Of a stretch of 36,076 bases of DNA, positions 17,583 through 28,287 are shown one piece after another. Position 1 is the stretch's first letter. Every line of letters begins with the position of its first letter. This stretch comes from a virus (lineage: Duplodnaviria > Caudoviricetes): positions 1 through 36,076 of IMG/VR virus record IMGVR_UViG_3300025654_000023, one strand, 5' to 3'. The notes under the pieces are model-generated. The model saw nothing but the letters and a program-made list of their open reading frames with translations, searched no databases and was not told the origin of the DNA. The position numbers and the translations under genes are program-made.

Positions 17583-20500
17583 ATGACGTTAGTTTCTAAA
17601 AATATCCCTAACCTCATTAACGGGGTTTCTCAACAACCGCCCGCTTTGCGTTTAGCAAGCCAAGCAGAAGCACAGGAAAACGGTTTCTCTGATATTGTTG
17701 ATGGATTGAAGAAACGTCCACCTACACGATTAAAGAATAAGTTAAAGAAAACATCTCCAACAGGTACAGCTTACCTCAGTGTTGCTGAGCTTAACAGATC
17801 CCATTTCCATACCTATAAGAGAAGCACGTTTGAACAGTACACAGTTGTGACTGATCCTGTAGTCCCTAAGATGTATGTATACGATATTGAGGGCAGTCTT
17901 AGATACGAGTCTGGTGTAGCAAGTTGGGATGCGACTGGTACGCAAATAACAGACTCTGATAACAGTGATAACACAACCCTAGCTGCTTACTTAGGTACTG
18001 ATGCTATCAATAGCACACAAGTAACTGCAACCTCTGTTGCGGATTACACGTTCTTTGTTAATAAAGATAAAGTAGTTGCAAAGAATACTACGACTCCTTC
18101 CTTTGTAAGACCGCATGAAGCTATCATTTACATGAAGGTAATGAACTACGGTAAAGATTACAAATGGAGGGTAAGTAGAGATAATGATCCTTTAACTGCT
18201 GCTGATGATACTTGGAGTGGGGCGTATGGACAAGCTACCACACTAGATGGAGGTGGAGGAGATGCACATTACGAAGTACAGGGTTTAAAAACAGGTGATT
18301 TCTTTGATATTACAGCAGGAGGTTCTACCGTAAGTCCAGATATACTCGGCAACCAAGTCGTTCTAGCTGATTCAGCTTTAATTGCACAAGGACTTACTAA
18401 AAAGAGAGAATCAGGAAACCCTTTTGTTGTTATAGAAACAACAGGCGCTAATGATGCTGATTTTAAAATTAAAGTAGATGATGATAACGGCGGTAATGAT
18501 TTATTCGGATTTAAAGATCGGTGTAAAAACTTTATATCTCTTCCCCAATACTGTGTTGATGGTTTTACTATACAAATTAATGGAGATAACCAGAAGAAAG
18601 AGGATGACTTTTACGTTACGTATGAAGGATCAAATACAGCAGGTACATGGAAAGAATGTGCAGCACCTTCACGCCCTAACACACCTGTCTACCACACGTT
18701 TGACACAGCAACAATGCCTCACACATTATCACAGAATGCTGACCTAAGTTTTACTTTTGGTGCAAGTACATGGGATGAAAGAAAGTGCGGCGATGAAGAT
18801 ACAAACCCGTTCCCAAGTTTTGTTGGCAGTAAAATTAACAGTGTGTTCTTCCACCGTAATCGTTTAGGTTTCCTATCAGATGAGAATGTTATCTTTAGTG
18901 AAGCCAGTAGTTACTTTAACTTCTTCCGAGTCACAGTAAGAAGCTTACTTGATACAGCTCCTATTGATTTAGCGGTTAGCCAGAATGAGGTATCTATACT
19001 TAAAGCTGCTGTACCTGCTCAAGATGATTTAATACTCTTCTCCGATTTAACACAGTTTACTCTATCTGCTGACTCGCTCTTAACACCCTCAGAGGTTATT
19101 GTAGATCAATCAACAAAGTATGAGTGTGATTTAACATCGACTCCCGTTGGTGCAGGAACAAGTGTATTCTTCACTACTAAGAGTGGTGACTACTCAGGTG
19201 TCCGAGAGTTCTTTACTAAAGATGAGACTGAGAACAAAGATGCTCCGTCTATTACATCACACGTTCCTGAGTATTTAAACGGTACAGTAAGACAAATGAT
19301 AGCGTCTTCTAATGAAGACATGCTCGTTTGTTTGACTGAGGCCAATAAGAAAGAATGTTACGTGTACAGATGGTACAACTCTAGTGAAGAACGAATTCAA
19401 AGTTCTTGGTCTAAGTGGGTATTTGATAAAGAGATAAACCACGTATTTTTTAACAATGCTGAATTAACCGTGATCTTTAGTGATGGTGGTTTTGAAGAAA
19501 TATCTTTAGCCTTTAATGATGTCGATATAACTTATAGCGAAACTAACTCATTCTCTAGTGCAGTTACTTTAGGTACAGCTACTTTGGACTTTAACGGTGT
19601 TCCTCATACTCTTAAAGGAGTAAATACAGTTGTAGGCGATGTGCCTCTTGTGGGGTCTACTTCTAACTCAGATGTTCAGGCTGTTTATGTTTACAAGAAC
19701 ACCTTAGCCAGTACTTATGGTATGTATATTCAACTAGGATTATTAAGTGTAACGGGCGGTGTAACAAACCCAGCTACACCAGCACAACTGCCTACCTCAA
19801 TTACAGTGGGTGGACACACTATACCTATCCCTAATTGGCAGGGTTTGGGTAACGTAAACTTTCCTCACATATCTACAACCCTTGTGCTTACAGCGCAGGA
19901 GTATACTGATTGGTTAAATGTTACTTCTCCGACAGAGGAGTTAATTATTAATATCCCTGAGACTGCTGTAGAAACCTCTGCAAAAGCAAGTGACGTATTA
20001 CTAGACCACCGAGTTAAGGTAACTCAACTTCAAGGTGATAGTGAATTCAATATATCTGACCTTGATGCTCAGTTTGCTTCTACTACTGCCTCCCAGTATA
20101 TAAACCATAAAGGGGATGTTATAGCTATAGGTAACACAGACGCTGAAAAGGACAAGGTTGTAAACTTTATAAACAATAAACAACATAAAGAAAATGGAGT
20201 CCTCGTAAACAATTACGTTACCGCTGGAGAACCTTATATCTTTAAATACAAACTTTCCGAGCAAGTGTTTAAAGCAGGTGATAAGGATCCCACACGTATG
20301 GCTCGTTACCAGTTAAGAAGTATGCTTTTCAACTACACCAACACAGGTAGTTTTGAGGCAACTGTTGCATCAACAGGTAGAACAGATAAAGTAACTAACT
20401 TTACTGGTCGTATCTTAGGGCAATCTACTAACATCTTAGGATTCTCTCCTGTGGTTGAAGACGGTTCACTTAAAGTTGGTATACAGTCTCAAGCAGCAAC

Positions 20501-20597
20501 AACAGATATAACTTTAACTAACGACAGTCACCTACCCAGCACGTTCCAAAATGTTGAGGTAGAAGCCTTCGTAACTCTACGAAATAAAAGGATATAA
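17583..20597 (+). CDS. Tail tubular protein B (T7 gp12-like nozzle), enlarged
   Basis: IPNLINGVSQQP, GLKKRPP, VADYTFFVN, NPFPSFVG, FFHRNRLGFLSDENV and QSSWSKW motifs; 1004 aa. Confidence 0.93.
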   Translation: MTLVSKNIPNLINGVSQQPPALRLASQAEAQENGFSDIVDGLKKRPPTRLKNKLKKTSPTGTAYLSVAELNRSHFHTYKRSTFEQYTVVTDPVVPKMYVYDIEGSLRYESGVASWDATGTQITDSDNSDNTTLAAYLGTDAINSTQVTATSVADYTFFVNKDKVVAKNTTTPSFVRPHEAIIYMKVMNYGKDYKWRVSRDNDPLTAADDTWSGAYGQATTLDGGGGDAHYEVQGLKTGDFFDITAGGSTVSPDILGNQVVLADSALIAQGLTKKRESGNPFVVIETTGANDADFKIKVDDDNGGNDLFGFKDRCKNFISLPQYCVDGFTIQINGDNQKKEDDFYVTYEGSNTAGTWKECAAPSRPNTPVYHTFDTATMPHTLSQNADLSFTFGASTWDERKCGDEDTNPFPSFVGSKINSVFFHRNRLGFLSDENVIFSEASSYFNFFRVTVRSLLDTAPIDLAVSQNEVSILKAAVPAQDDLILFSDLTQFTLSADSLLTPSEVIVDQSTKYECDLTSTPVGAGTSVFFTTKSGDYSGVREFFTKDETENKDAPSITSHVPEYLNGTVRQMIASSNEDMLVCLTEANKKECYVYRWYNSSEERIQSSWSKWVFDKEINHVFFNNAELTVIFSDGGFEEISLAFNDVDITYSETNSFSSAVTLGTATLDFNGVPHTLKGVNTVVGDVPLVGSTSNSDVQAVYVYKNTLASTYGMYIQLGLLSVTGGVTNPATPAQLPTSITVGGHTIPIPNWQGLGNVNFPHISTTLVLTAQEYTDWLNVTSPTEELIINIPETAVETSAKASDVLLDHRVKVTQLQGDSEFNISDLDAQFASTTASQYINHKGDVIAIGNTDAEKDKVVNFINNKQHKENGVLVNNYVTAGEPYIFKYKLSEQVFKAGDKDPTRMARYQLRSMLFNYTNTGSFEATVASTGRTDKVTNFTGRILGQSTNILGFSPVVEDGSLKVGIQSQAATTDITLTNDSHLPSTFQNVEVEAFVTLRNKRI

Positions 20598-20599
20598 AC

Positions 20600-21073
20600 A
20601 TGGGACACCACTACAGACCCGCAAGGTTCGAGGATTGCCGTGAGATGGCTCCTAACATGCGTTCACAGGACGCTAAGGAAGTTATGGCTAGTCATGGCTT
20701 TAAACCCTACGAAGCTCTTGCAGAGTCATACAAGTACTCTACAGAGTGTAATAGCATTATCCATGAAGATGGGAGTGTTGTGGCGATGTTTGGTGTTACT
20801 AACAATGGATCTTTTGCCCTACCTTGGATGCTTGGTACAGACAAGTTAATACAAACTAAACGTACCATGCTGCCAGTAGCAAAGCAGTGGGTAGATGAGA
20901 TTATTGAAAGATACCCTCTTCTCCTTAACTACGTACACGCAGATAATACTATATCGAGGCGATGGCTCAAGTCATTAGGATTCGAGTTTATAAAATTAGA
21001 AAAAGAATATGGAGTAGGGAAAGAACCCTTTATCCAATTCGTGAGGATTAAAAAATGTGTCCACCTTTATTAG
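20600..21073 (+). CDS. Internal virion protein A (T7 gp13-like, GNAT-like)
   Basis: MRSQD..EV, PWMLGTD and LLNYVHADN..SRRWLKSLGF motifs; syntenic position. Confidence 0.85.
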   Translation: MGHHYRPARFEDCREMAPNMRSQDAKEVMASHGFKPYEALAESYKYSTECNSIIHEDGSVVAMFGVTNNGSFALPWMLGTDKLIQTKRTMLPVAKQWVDEIIERYPLLLNYVHADNTISRRWLKSLGFEFIKLEKEYGVGKEPFIQFVRIKKCVHLY

Positions 21074-21639
21074 CAGCAATACCCGTCATCATGGGCGGAG
21101 CGGGCGGTACGGCAGCAGTAGCCGCTGGAACCGCAGCAGCAATAACACCCGCAGCAGCAGTAACAGCAGCATGGGGTACATTAGGTACTGCCGCAACCTT
21201 AGCCGCTTCAGTTGGCGGTACAGTAATGAGTGCAAAAGCTCAAAATGATTCCGCTGAGATGAATGCGAGAAACGCTAACATCGCCGCTATGGAACAAGAT
21301 CAACAAATAAATTTACAAGAGTCACAAATGCAAGAGAAAGCAGCAGGAGAGAAGCTTGATAACGCCACAAAAGTACAACAAGCTTTAGCGAGAGCTGACA
21401 TGGCTGCTATCAACTCTGGTGGTATGTTAAATAATGATGCAGTAGGGCAGAGTATTATGAGGCAGGGGCTTGTAACAGAATCAACAATCTTACAGAACCT
21501 TGATCGTAATGTAGACCAGTTTGGTCTTGATCGTAAAGGCGTAAGGTCTTCAGCGCAATCACGTATTAACTCTGTATCAGCTTCTAGCAATACTGCAACT
21601 GGCCTTCAGATAGTGGGTAATGTCGCACCAGCATTATAA
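21055..21639 (+). CDS. Internal virion protein B (T7 gp14-like)
   Basis: Met-Cys start, hydrophobic Ala/Gly N-terminus, Q/N-rich helical body; synteny. Confidence 0.75.
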   Translation: MCPPLLAAIPVIMGGAGGTAAVAAGTAAAITPAAAVTAAWGTLGTAATLAASVGGTVMSAKAQNDSAEMNARNANIAAMEQDQQINLQESQMQEKAAGEKLDNATKVQQALARADMAAINSGGMLNNDAVGQSIMRQGLVTESTILQNLDRNVDQFGLDRKGVRSSAQSRINSVSASSNTATGLQIVGNVAPAL

Positions 21640-21652
21640 ATAGGATAAATTA

Positions 21653-23233
21653 ATGGCAACTTCAATTGAACAATCTTTAAACTGGCGCAACGTATCAACT
21701 AAGCCAGATTACCAAGTTGCGGCTAGACGAGTAGATACTTTTGTACAACCAGAGCGTAATACAAGGGGCGCTCAAATAGCACAAGCTCTTGATCAGGCCG
21801 CTGGTGGATTTAATACTTTTGCTGATAAGAAAAAAGTAGAACTTAAAGCTCTACAAGTAGCGGAAGCTAAAGCGCAAACAAAAGCAGTGGAAGAAATAAC
21901 TGATCGTGAAAAAATGAAAGCCTCTAACTTAGCTAATTTCTGGTCGCCTCAAATCGAAAGATTTGTACAGGAGCAGGACTATAGTTTGGTAGGAGGAGAG
22001 CGTCCAACTAGAGAGAGTGTATGGGAAGCGTTAAACACCAAGTTCCCAGCATTAGCAACTGATATGAACAACCTCACCACGCTTAAAGGTAAAATAGCAT
22101 TGGGTGATGTTACTGGAGACATCTTTGGTAAAACAGTAGGTGACATGTTAGTTCAAACAGAAATTGATGAAGAAGAACAAGAGTTAAACACGTACATAGC
22201 CACCAGTCTAGGAAATATCCCAATGTCACCTAACGGTGAGCTAGGGGATGCGTTTATAAATGCAGTAAAAACCTTTGATCAAGAAATTAGAGCTAAAGGA
22301 CGAACTAATATAGAAGCTTATACGTCTTTAGGAAACACGGCCTCAATTACAGCAAACCAGCAAGGGGATTTTCGGCTTTATGATTATCTCATAAGTAAAG
22401 ATATTGGTGGGACTGATCAAAAAAAGGCGTGGATTAAAGAAAGAGCAGCTATAAAATCTAAAAGAGCACAGCAACGAAACCAACGTAACACAGAAGTTGC
22501 TGACAAGCTAAAAGCTGATAAAGTTTTATTAGCACAAGAAGCTGTAGCTCTATTTAATACTGATACTCCTGTAACAAGTGAACAAGAAATTGCGTTAATA
22601 CAAAAGTACATTAAGCAAGGTGTACCGAACGCTGATTCTCTAGTTAAAACAATGAGCGGTAACTTCAAGGCTATGAAAGAGGTAAGACTAACGGCTGAAC
22701 AAGAAAGCAAGGTCTGGGAAGGTTTCATTGCAGCAGGTACTCCTGACAACCAAAGAAACTTTATCCAAACTCAAGTAGCCAAGAAAACAATCAGCAAAGG
22801 CTTAATGAGTCAGTTGTATAGTCGTCTAGGCAATGCCAATGACCAGTCACTCTTGTCAGGTTCTTGGTACACTGCTCATAGTGCAGGCATTACACGCTTA
22901 ACTCAATCAGCAGGCCCATTGGGTGCGTTAATAGAGGATAGTGAATACTCATACCTCAAACCTCTCTTCCAACAACGCTACTTACAGATGGCTACAACGC
23001 CTGAGTGGGATGCGCTTGACTTGCAAGGTAAGTATGATGCTATGGCTGGTTTGATCCAGTCGATGGAAACACTTAAAAAACTTAATGCAAGTGGTACAGA
23101 TAACGACCCTTCTACTAACATGCAAAAACTACAGAAGATACAGAACCCTGAGACTCCTGAAGACGTTGCGGAAAGAGCGACAAGAAGGGCTGAGTTACAA
23201 ACACGTCTAGAAGCATTACGTAACGCACAATAA
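21653..23233 (+). CDS. Internal virion protein C (gp15 position)
   Basis: Helical composition, N-terminal ARRVDTFVQP; mainly synteny. Confidence 0.65.
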   Translation: MATSIEQSLNWRNVSTKPDYQVAARRVDTFVQPERNTRGAQIAQALDQAAGGFNTFADKKKVELKALQVAEAKAQTKAVEEITDREKMKASNLANFWSPQIERFVQEQDYSLVGGERPTRESVWEALNTKFPALATDMNNLTTLKGKIALGDVTGDIFGKTVGDMLVQTEIDEEEQELNTYIATSLGNIPMSPNGELGDAFINAVKTFDQEIRAKGRTNIEAYTSLGNTASITANQQGDFRLYDYLISKDIGGTDQKKAWIKERAAIKSKRAQQRNQRNTEVADKLKADKVLLAQEAVALFNTDTPVTSEQEIALIQKYIKQGVPNADSLVKTMSGNFKAMKEVRLTAEQESKVWEGFIAAGTPDNQRNFIQTQVAKKTISKGLMSQLYSRLGNANDQSLLSGSWYTAHSAGITRLTQSAGPLGALIEDSEYSYLKPLFQQRYLQMATTPEWDALDLQGKYDAMAGLIQSMETLKKLNASGTDNDPSTNMQKLQKIQNPETPEDVAERATRRAELQTRLEALRNAQ

Positions 23234-23251
23234 TAAACATGAGATTATAAA

Positions 23252-26200
23252 ATGGAAAAGAACTATAATTATTACGCTGATTTAGCTGAAGAAGCCATCG
23301 AACTTGGGGATGCTGATTTAGCAGAAGAGTTTCTAGGTTTAGCTGATGAAGTGCAAGGTTCATTTTCTCAGCCTACACCTACTGCCCCAGTTGATCCTGT
23401 AGACTACATCCCTGAACCTACAGTAGCTGAAGATTATGTGGCTCCTGTACAAGAGGAAGAAGGCAAAGGTTTCTTTGGTTCAGTTGCAGAAATGCCTGTC
23501 AATATGGCAGGAGCTGTAGGTTCCTTTGCTAAAGAAACTGTAGGCACAGTTATAGATTGGCCTATAGAACTCTTAGCGGACAACCTTGCTCCTATTACAG
23601 GTGATGTAATTGCAACTAATTTAGAGGGTGTTTCTCCTGAAGAATTACAGCTATACAATGACAGTGAAGGTACTAAACTTTTCTCTCTAGGTTCTACAGA
23701 ATTTTCCTACTATAACGGCGATCAAATACAAGAACTTAAAGAAGCTAATCTATACAAACTGTTTAAAGCAGAGCAGGTCGTCGAAGACCTCGTGTTTGAT
23801 CTTGGTGATGTTAGAGACATGGGTATGCAAGAGAGTTTCGTAGGCTCCGCTACAGGCGGTCTTACGCAGTTCATCGCAGGTTGGGTGGCTCTAGCTCCTG
23901 TTAAAGTATTAAGCGTAGCTAAAAATGCAACAATTGCCACTCAAGTTGGCAGCGCAGCACTTAAGGGTGCTGTAGTTGACTTCACAGTCTTTGATGCACA
24001 CGAAGCTCGTCTATCTGACTTTCTTAAAAGTGCAGGTCTTGAGAACGATTGGATTAACTATCTAGCGTCTGAAGGTAACGAAGACGACAGCATCTTTGAA
24101 GGTAAAATGAAGAATGCTATCGAAGGCGGTGTTCTTGGTGTAGGTTTAGACATTGCATTTAGAGCAGTGGTTTATGGTTACAGAGCTATACGTCAGGCTA
24201 AGAGAGCACAAGACCCTAGTCTTACACAAGCACAGCGAGACGAAGCAGCAGCAAAAGCTGTTGAACTACAAGCTAAAGCAGAAGAAAGTTTTAAAGACCC
24301 TTCGGAAGTGGAGCTAGTTACACCTGACGGTACTCCTGTTAAAGTGGAGACTCCTGAGACTGTTGCTGTTAAGTTTGAAGAAAAGGTAGGGACAGTTGTT
24401 GATACACTTCCTCCTGAACTACAGAAAGCTTCTCCTAAATATAACTACGGTCAAACTGCTATTGAGTTAGTGTTTGAAAATGACATCTCTAAAGCTTTGT
24501 ACATCGTAGGTGGTAAAGGTAAGAGCGCTTCACATGATCAGTACATAAAGTTTTTAGAAGATGCTGGTGTTAAGGATATTGTAGGTGAAGCTGCTAAGAT
24601 TAGAGATTTAATTAAAGCACAAGCTAAAGCTGGCAACACAGAAGTAACGGTTCCAAAGGTTAAGCCAAGAGTTAAATATACCCAAGGTTTTGAAGAACCT
24701 GTCGTTACACCAACAGCAGACAAGCCCCGTGTAGATGCAGAAGGTAAGCCTGTTGAAAGTCGTTCACCACAGAACTTAACTGATGCAGAACTTGATCTTG
24801 CTACTAAAGCGGAGAGAGCAGAGTTAGGGAGCTTACGCTCACCTGATGATGTGGGTGCTCCTAAAGTTCACCCAATTAAAGCCACAATTGAACAAGGTAA
24901 CAAGCTTATTGCTAAGTTACTACGTGATGCTGATTCAGATGACATCTTAGGGTTCGTTAGATCACTTAAAGAAGTGACAATCCGTCCTGACGGCTTCGAG
25001 CCAGCTCAGTGGGTTAAAGCTTTAGAATCTTTGAACAAGTCTATTGATGAAGCACTAGCTCTTGTTGATGACTCTGTTGAGTTTAAAGCAGGTGATGAGG
25101 CAGCTATCCTAAGAAAGACGAGGCTTGTAGAAGCTAAGTTAGACCTCCACGCACAGCGTAAAGGCTCAAGCAGTGGCTTAGGTCGTGGCTTAGTTGCAAT
25201 CAAACAAGCCCTTGATGATGCCTTTAGTGCTGACCTTTCAATGTTATGGGGTAAAGACCTAGAGAAAGCTCAGGCTAAGGAAGTTGATAAAGCAGTTAAG
25301 AAACAGAAAAAGAAGAATAAGAAAAAGAAAGAAAGTGAAAAGACAGATATAGATAAGGCAGCAGAAGATAGTGACTTAACTCCTTCAGCAGTCGATGAGG
25401 TAGATCCTTTTACTGAGCGTATGCTTAGAGGTCTTGGACAAACTAAAAATGTAGCAAGCAGACTTATTGACAAAGTTGTTGAGTTTGGTTCTGCTAACTT
25501 GTTGATGGGTTGGAAGACGCAACTTATTAACCCTACAATGAATGCCGTGATGATGAAGTTAAATAACTTTGAAACCCTTGGCGGCGCTGTATGGGCTGGT
25601 GTAGTGCGTAGAGATGCGTCTGCGGCAGCTAGACAAGCAAGGCGAGCTAAATATCAAGCCTTTAGTGTTGTTAATCACAGCCGTGTAGCATCAAGAGCTA
25701 TGTGGGAAACCTTAATGACAGGTTACAACAAACTTGACCCTGACTTCAAAGTTAAAGAAGAAGTTGACGGTGCTACTGATACAGTGGCTATCGGTAAAGG
25801 TGATATTGATTTTAGAAAATGGAAAGAGTCTCTTGATGAAGGTATGACCTTTGAGGACATCCTTGGTAACTACGTTAGACTATCCTACAGAGGTCTAGCG
25901 GCTGGCGATGAGTTCTTTAAACAGCTTAACTTCAGAGGCGTGTACGGTGGCTTAGTCCAAGAAGATTTACTTGCATCTGGTAAGTATGTAGACTTAGATG
26001 ACGCAACCTTCATGAAACTTTTAGATTCTAAAATTGATGAGGGTGTTGAGATACTAGAGAAAGCTCGCTTAGGTGAAGAAGCCTTAGACGAAGCGGAAGA
26101 AAAACTACTAGGTCAACTACTCTATAGCCTACAGCAAACACGAGAAGCTACATTCACTGATAAACTTGGTGGCGTGGGCAGTTCAATTCAAAAAATGATG

Positions 26201-27478
26201 AACGATTTTCCTATTATACGCTTAGGTATGGATGCGTGGTTTATACGTACACCTTTAAACGTGTTTAAGTATGTAGGTAGACGAACACCTCTTCTAAACT
26301 TCGCCTCAAGACGTTCTCGTAGAATGCTCTTTGGTGGTAACGCTGATGATAGAGATAGAGCTTTGTTTGAGCTTGTTTTTATGTCAACAGCTATGCTGAC
26401 ACTACGTCAAGTTGTAGATGAGGAAGTTGATGTACCTGATGGTAAAGGCGGCACTATTAAGATGCACCGCTATCAAGGCACAATGGATCATCTTACATAT
26501 AACAACGTGAAGAACTTAAAGCTTACAGGCTTACAACCTCACTCGGTATACTTTGAAGACTCTCAAACATTTCATAACACAATGCGCTTTGCCCCGATAG
26601 ATAACTTGGTGATGACATTGGTTAACATAAGAGATTTAGAGAACGCTGGTATGTACGATGAAGGTGGTGAGTTAGCAGCAGCAGCTCTTGTATCTTATAT
26701 GAACATGATGAAAGACACTACGTTCACTTCTGGTATGGCTAACTTTGTAGAGTTTATGAACAGTCCTGAAAAGAAGTTTGAGAACTACGTGGAAGCCAAA
26801 GGTAGAACCTTTACTCCTGCAATTCTTAAAATAATGGGTACTGATGAAGGCAGCCGTGAAGTTGATGGGTTATGGGAAGCTTTTAAATCAGGTATCCCTT
26901 TCATGTCTAAAACAATGGAACCTAAGTTTGATAGATTAGGACAGCCTATAATTAAACCTAATCAAGCTGGTTTAGTTAATGGTTTATCTAAAGCTACTTT
27001 CTTATCTAATGATCCAGTACGTTTAGAGTTCTTAGAGATGAATGCTGACATTGCTGACATCCCTCGTAAAGATGGAATACTTGATTGGGAAAGCGATGCT
27101 TTTGTAGTTGATGGTAAGTCTGCATGGTGGCGTTTTAATGAAGTCTATGCGTCTATTGAGTTAAACAATAAGACTCTTGAGGAAACATTAGAAGCCTTAG
27201 TGCTGTCTGATGAGTATCAAAAGTTTGCTACTCCAAGTATAATGACTCCTGATCTACGCACGAGAGGTAGTAAAGAAGGCATACTCTTAAAAGTTCTAAA
27301 CGCTTATGAAGATGCAGCTAAGTATACTGTAGCTAAAGAACGTGAAGACTTAGGAATGCTAGAGATGTGGACAGCCGCTCAAAAAGCTAGGGCTTTAGCA
27401 CAATCCCAACAAACAATGGATCAAGTTATAACTAAACCAGAGACTCTTCTGGATACCTTCTTGAATCGAAATAAATAG
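23252..27478 (+). CDS. Internal virion protein D (gp16 position)
   Basis: 1408 aa with RGLAAGDEFFKQ, REATFT and FIRTPLN motifs typical of large podovirus ejection proteins; synteny. Confidence 0.8.
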   Translation: MEKNYNYYADLAEEAIELGDADLAEEFLGLADEVQGSFSQPTPTAPVDPVDYIPEPTVAEDYVAPVQEEEGKGFFGSVAEMPVNMAGAVGSFAKETVGTVIDWPIELLADNLAPITGDVIATNLEGVSPEELQLYNDSEGTKLFSLGSTEFSYYNGDQIQELKEANLYKLFKAEQVVEDLVFDLGDVRDMGMQESFVGSATGGLTQFIAGWVALAPVKVLSVAKNATIATQVGSAALKGAVVDFTVFDAHEARLSDFLKSAGLENDWINYLASEGNEDDSIFEGKMKNAIEGGVLGVGLDIAFRAVVYGYRAIRQAKRAQDPSLTQAQRDEAAAKAVELQAKAEESFKDPSEVELVTPDGTPVKVETPETVAVKFEEKVGTVVDTLPPELQKASPKYNYGQTAIELVFENDISKALYIVGGKGKSASHDQYIKFLEDAGVKDIVGEAAKIRDLIKAQAKAGNTEVTVPKVKPRVKYTQGFEEPVVTPTADKPRVDAEGKPVESRSPQNLTDAELDLATKAERAELGSLRSPDDVGAPKVHPIKATIEQGNKLIAKLLRDADSDDILGFVRSLKEVTIRPDGFEPAQWVKALESLNKSIDEALALVDDSVEFKAGDEAAILRKTRLVEAKLDLHAQRKGSSSGLGRGLVAIKQALDDAFSADLSMLWGKDLEKAQAKEVDKAVKKQKKKNKKKKESEKTDIDKAAEDSDLTPSAVDEVDPFTERMLRGLGQTKNVASRLIDKVVEFGSANLLMGWKTQLINPTMNAVMMKLNNFETLGGAVWAGVVRRDASAAARQARRAKYQAFSVVNHSRVASRAMWETLMTGYNKLDPDFKVKEEVDGATDTVAIGKGDIDFRKWKESLDEGMTFEDILGNYVRLSYRGLAAGDEFFKQLNFRGVYGGLVQEDLLASGKYVDLDDATFMKLLDSKIDEGVEILEKARLGEEALDEAEEKLLGQLLYSLQQTREATFTDKLGGVGSSIQKMMNDFPIIRLGMDAWFIRTPLNVFKYVGRRTPLLNFASRRSRRMLFGGNADDRDRALFELVFMSTAMLTLRQVVDEEVDVPDGKGGTIKMHRYQGTMDHLTYNNVKNLKLTGLQPHSVYFEDSQTFHNTMRFAPIDNLVMTLVNIRDLENAGMYDEGGELAAAALVSYMNMMKDTTFTSGMANFVEFMNSPEKKFENYVEAKGRTFTPAILKIMGTDEGSREVDGLWEAFKSGIPFMSKTMEPKFDRLGQPIIKPNQAGLVNGLSKATFLSNDPVRLEFLEMNADIADIPRKDGILDWESDAFVVDGKSAWWRFNEVYASIELNNKTLEETLEALVLSDEYQKFATPSIMTPDLRTRGSKEGILLKVLNAYEDAAKYTVAKEREDLGMLEMWTAAQKARALAQSQQTMDQVITKPETLLDTFLNRNK

Positions 27479-27486
27479 GAAAAATA

Positions 27487-28287
27487 ATGGCACTTTCATA
27501 CACTGAATACGTAGCTGATGGATCAACTTCAATGTTTCCATCTAAGCTATACTTACGGCCTGAGCATCTGGTTGTTACCGTTGACACTGTAATTCAAACG
27601 ACCTCAGCCTATACAGTAGAACAAACTCAAGTAACTTTTAATTCCCCACCTCCTGATGGAGCTGTAGTCCGTATAGGGAGAAACACGAGCCAAGAGGGGC
27701 GTTTAACAGACTACCGTGACGGCTCATTATTAACTGCGGATGTACTAGATAATGATGCTTTCCAGTTATTCTATATGGCTCAAGAGGCTTTAGATGCCGC
27801 TATAGATATTATGCCGCTACGTGCTTCTTACGAAGAAAGGTTACTACTTCTTGAGAACGCAGTAGCCTCGCTTGGTGGCTCTACTGGTGGCGGTGTTAGC
27901 TCACCTAATAGAGTAACCTTTAATGTTCAAGAGGCTACTTCAGCGTTTAACACGTCTTTTGACTTAGTATCAACCACTCTAGTGTTTTTAAACGGTGTGT
28001 TATTAGTAAACGGAATCGATCTCACCTTTCAAGCAAATAGACAACTGAACCTAACTACCCCCGCAAATAACGGCGATGTTTTAGAAGTAGTTGGCTGGTC
28101 GACTGTGCCTACTGTTACTCCTGCTCCTGCTCCCGATCCTAATGAACCTGAAACTGTTCGTACTGATACCCCTCTTGTGGATTCGGAAGGTAAAATAATC
28201 TTCGCTAAAGACTATGAAGAACCCCTTACACGTGTCAACATGGACTACACAGTGGCCCAGATTAACACAAAACTAGGACCACTATAA
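27487..28287 (+). CDS. Short tail fibre / adaptor with T7 gp17-type N-terminal attachment domain
   Basis: Y.ADGST..F, VVRIGRNT, DYRDGSLLTADVLD and QLFYMAQEA; then a VFLNGVLL domain; only 266 aa. Confidence 0.85.
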   Translation: MALSYTEYVADGSTSMFPSKLYLRPEHLVVTVDTVIQTTSAYTVEQTQVTFNSPPPDGAVVRIGRNTSQEGRLTDYRDGSLLTADVLDNDAFQLFYMAQEALDAAIDIMPLRASYEERLLLLENAVASLGGSTGGGVSSPNRVTFNVQEATSAFNTSFDLVSTTLVFLNGVLLVNGIDLTFQANRQLNLTTPANNGDVLEVVGWSTVPTVTPAPAPDPNEPETVRTDTPLVDSEGKIIFAKDYEEPLTRVNMDYTVAQINTKLGPL

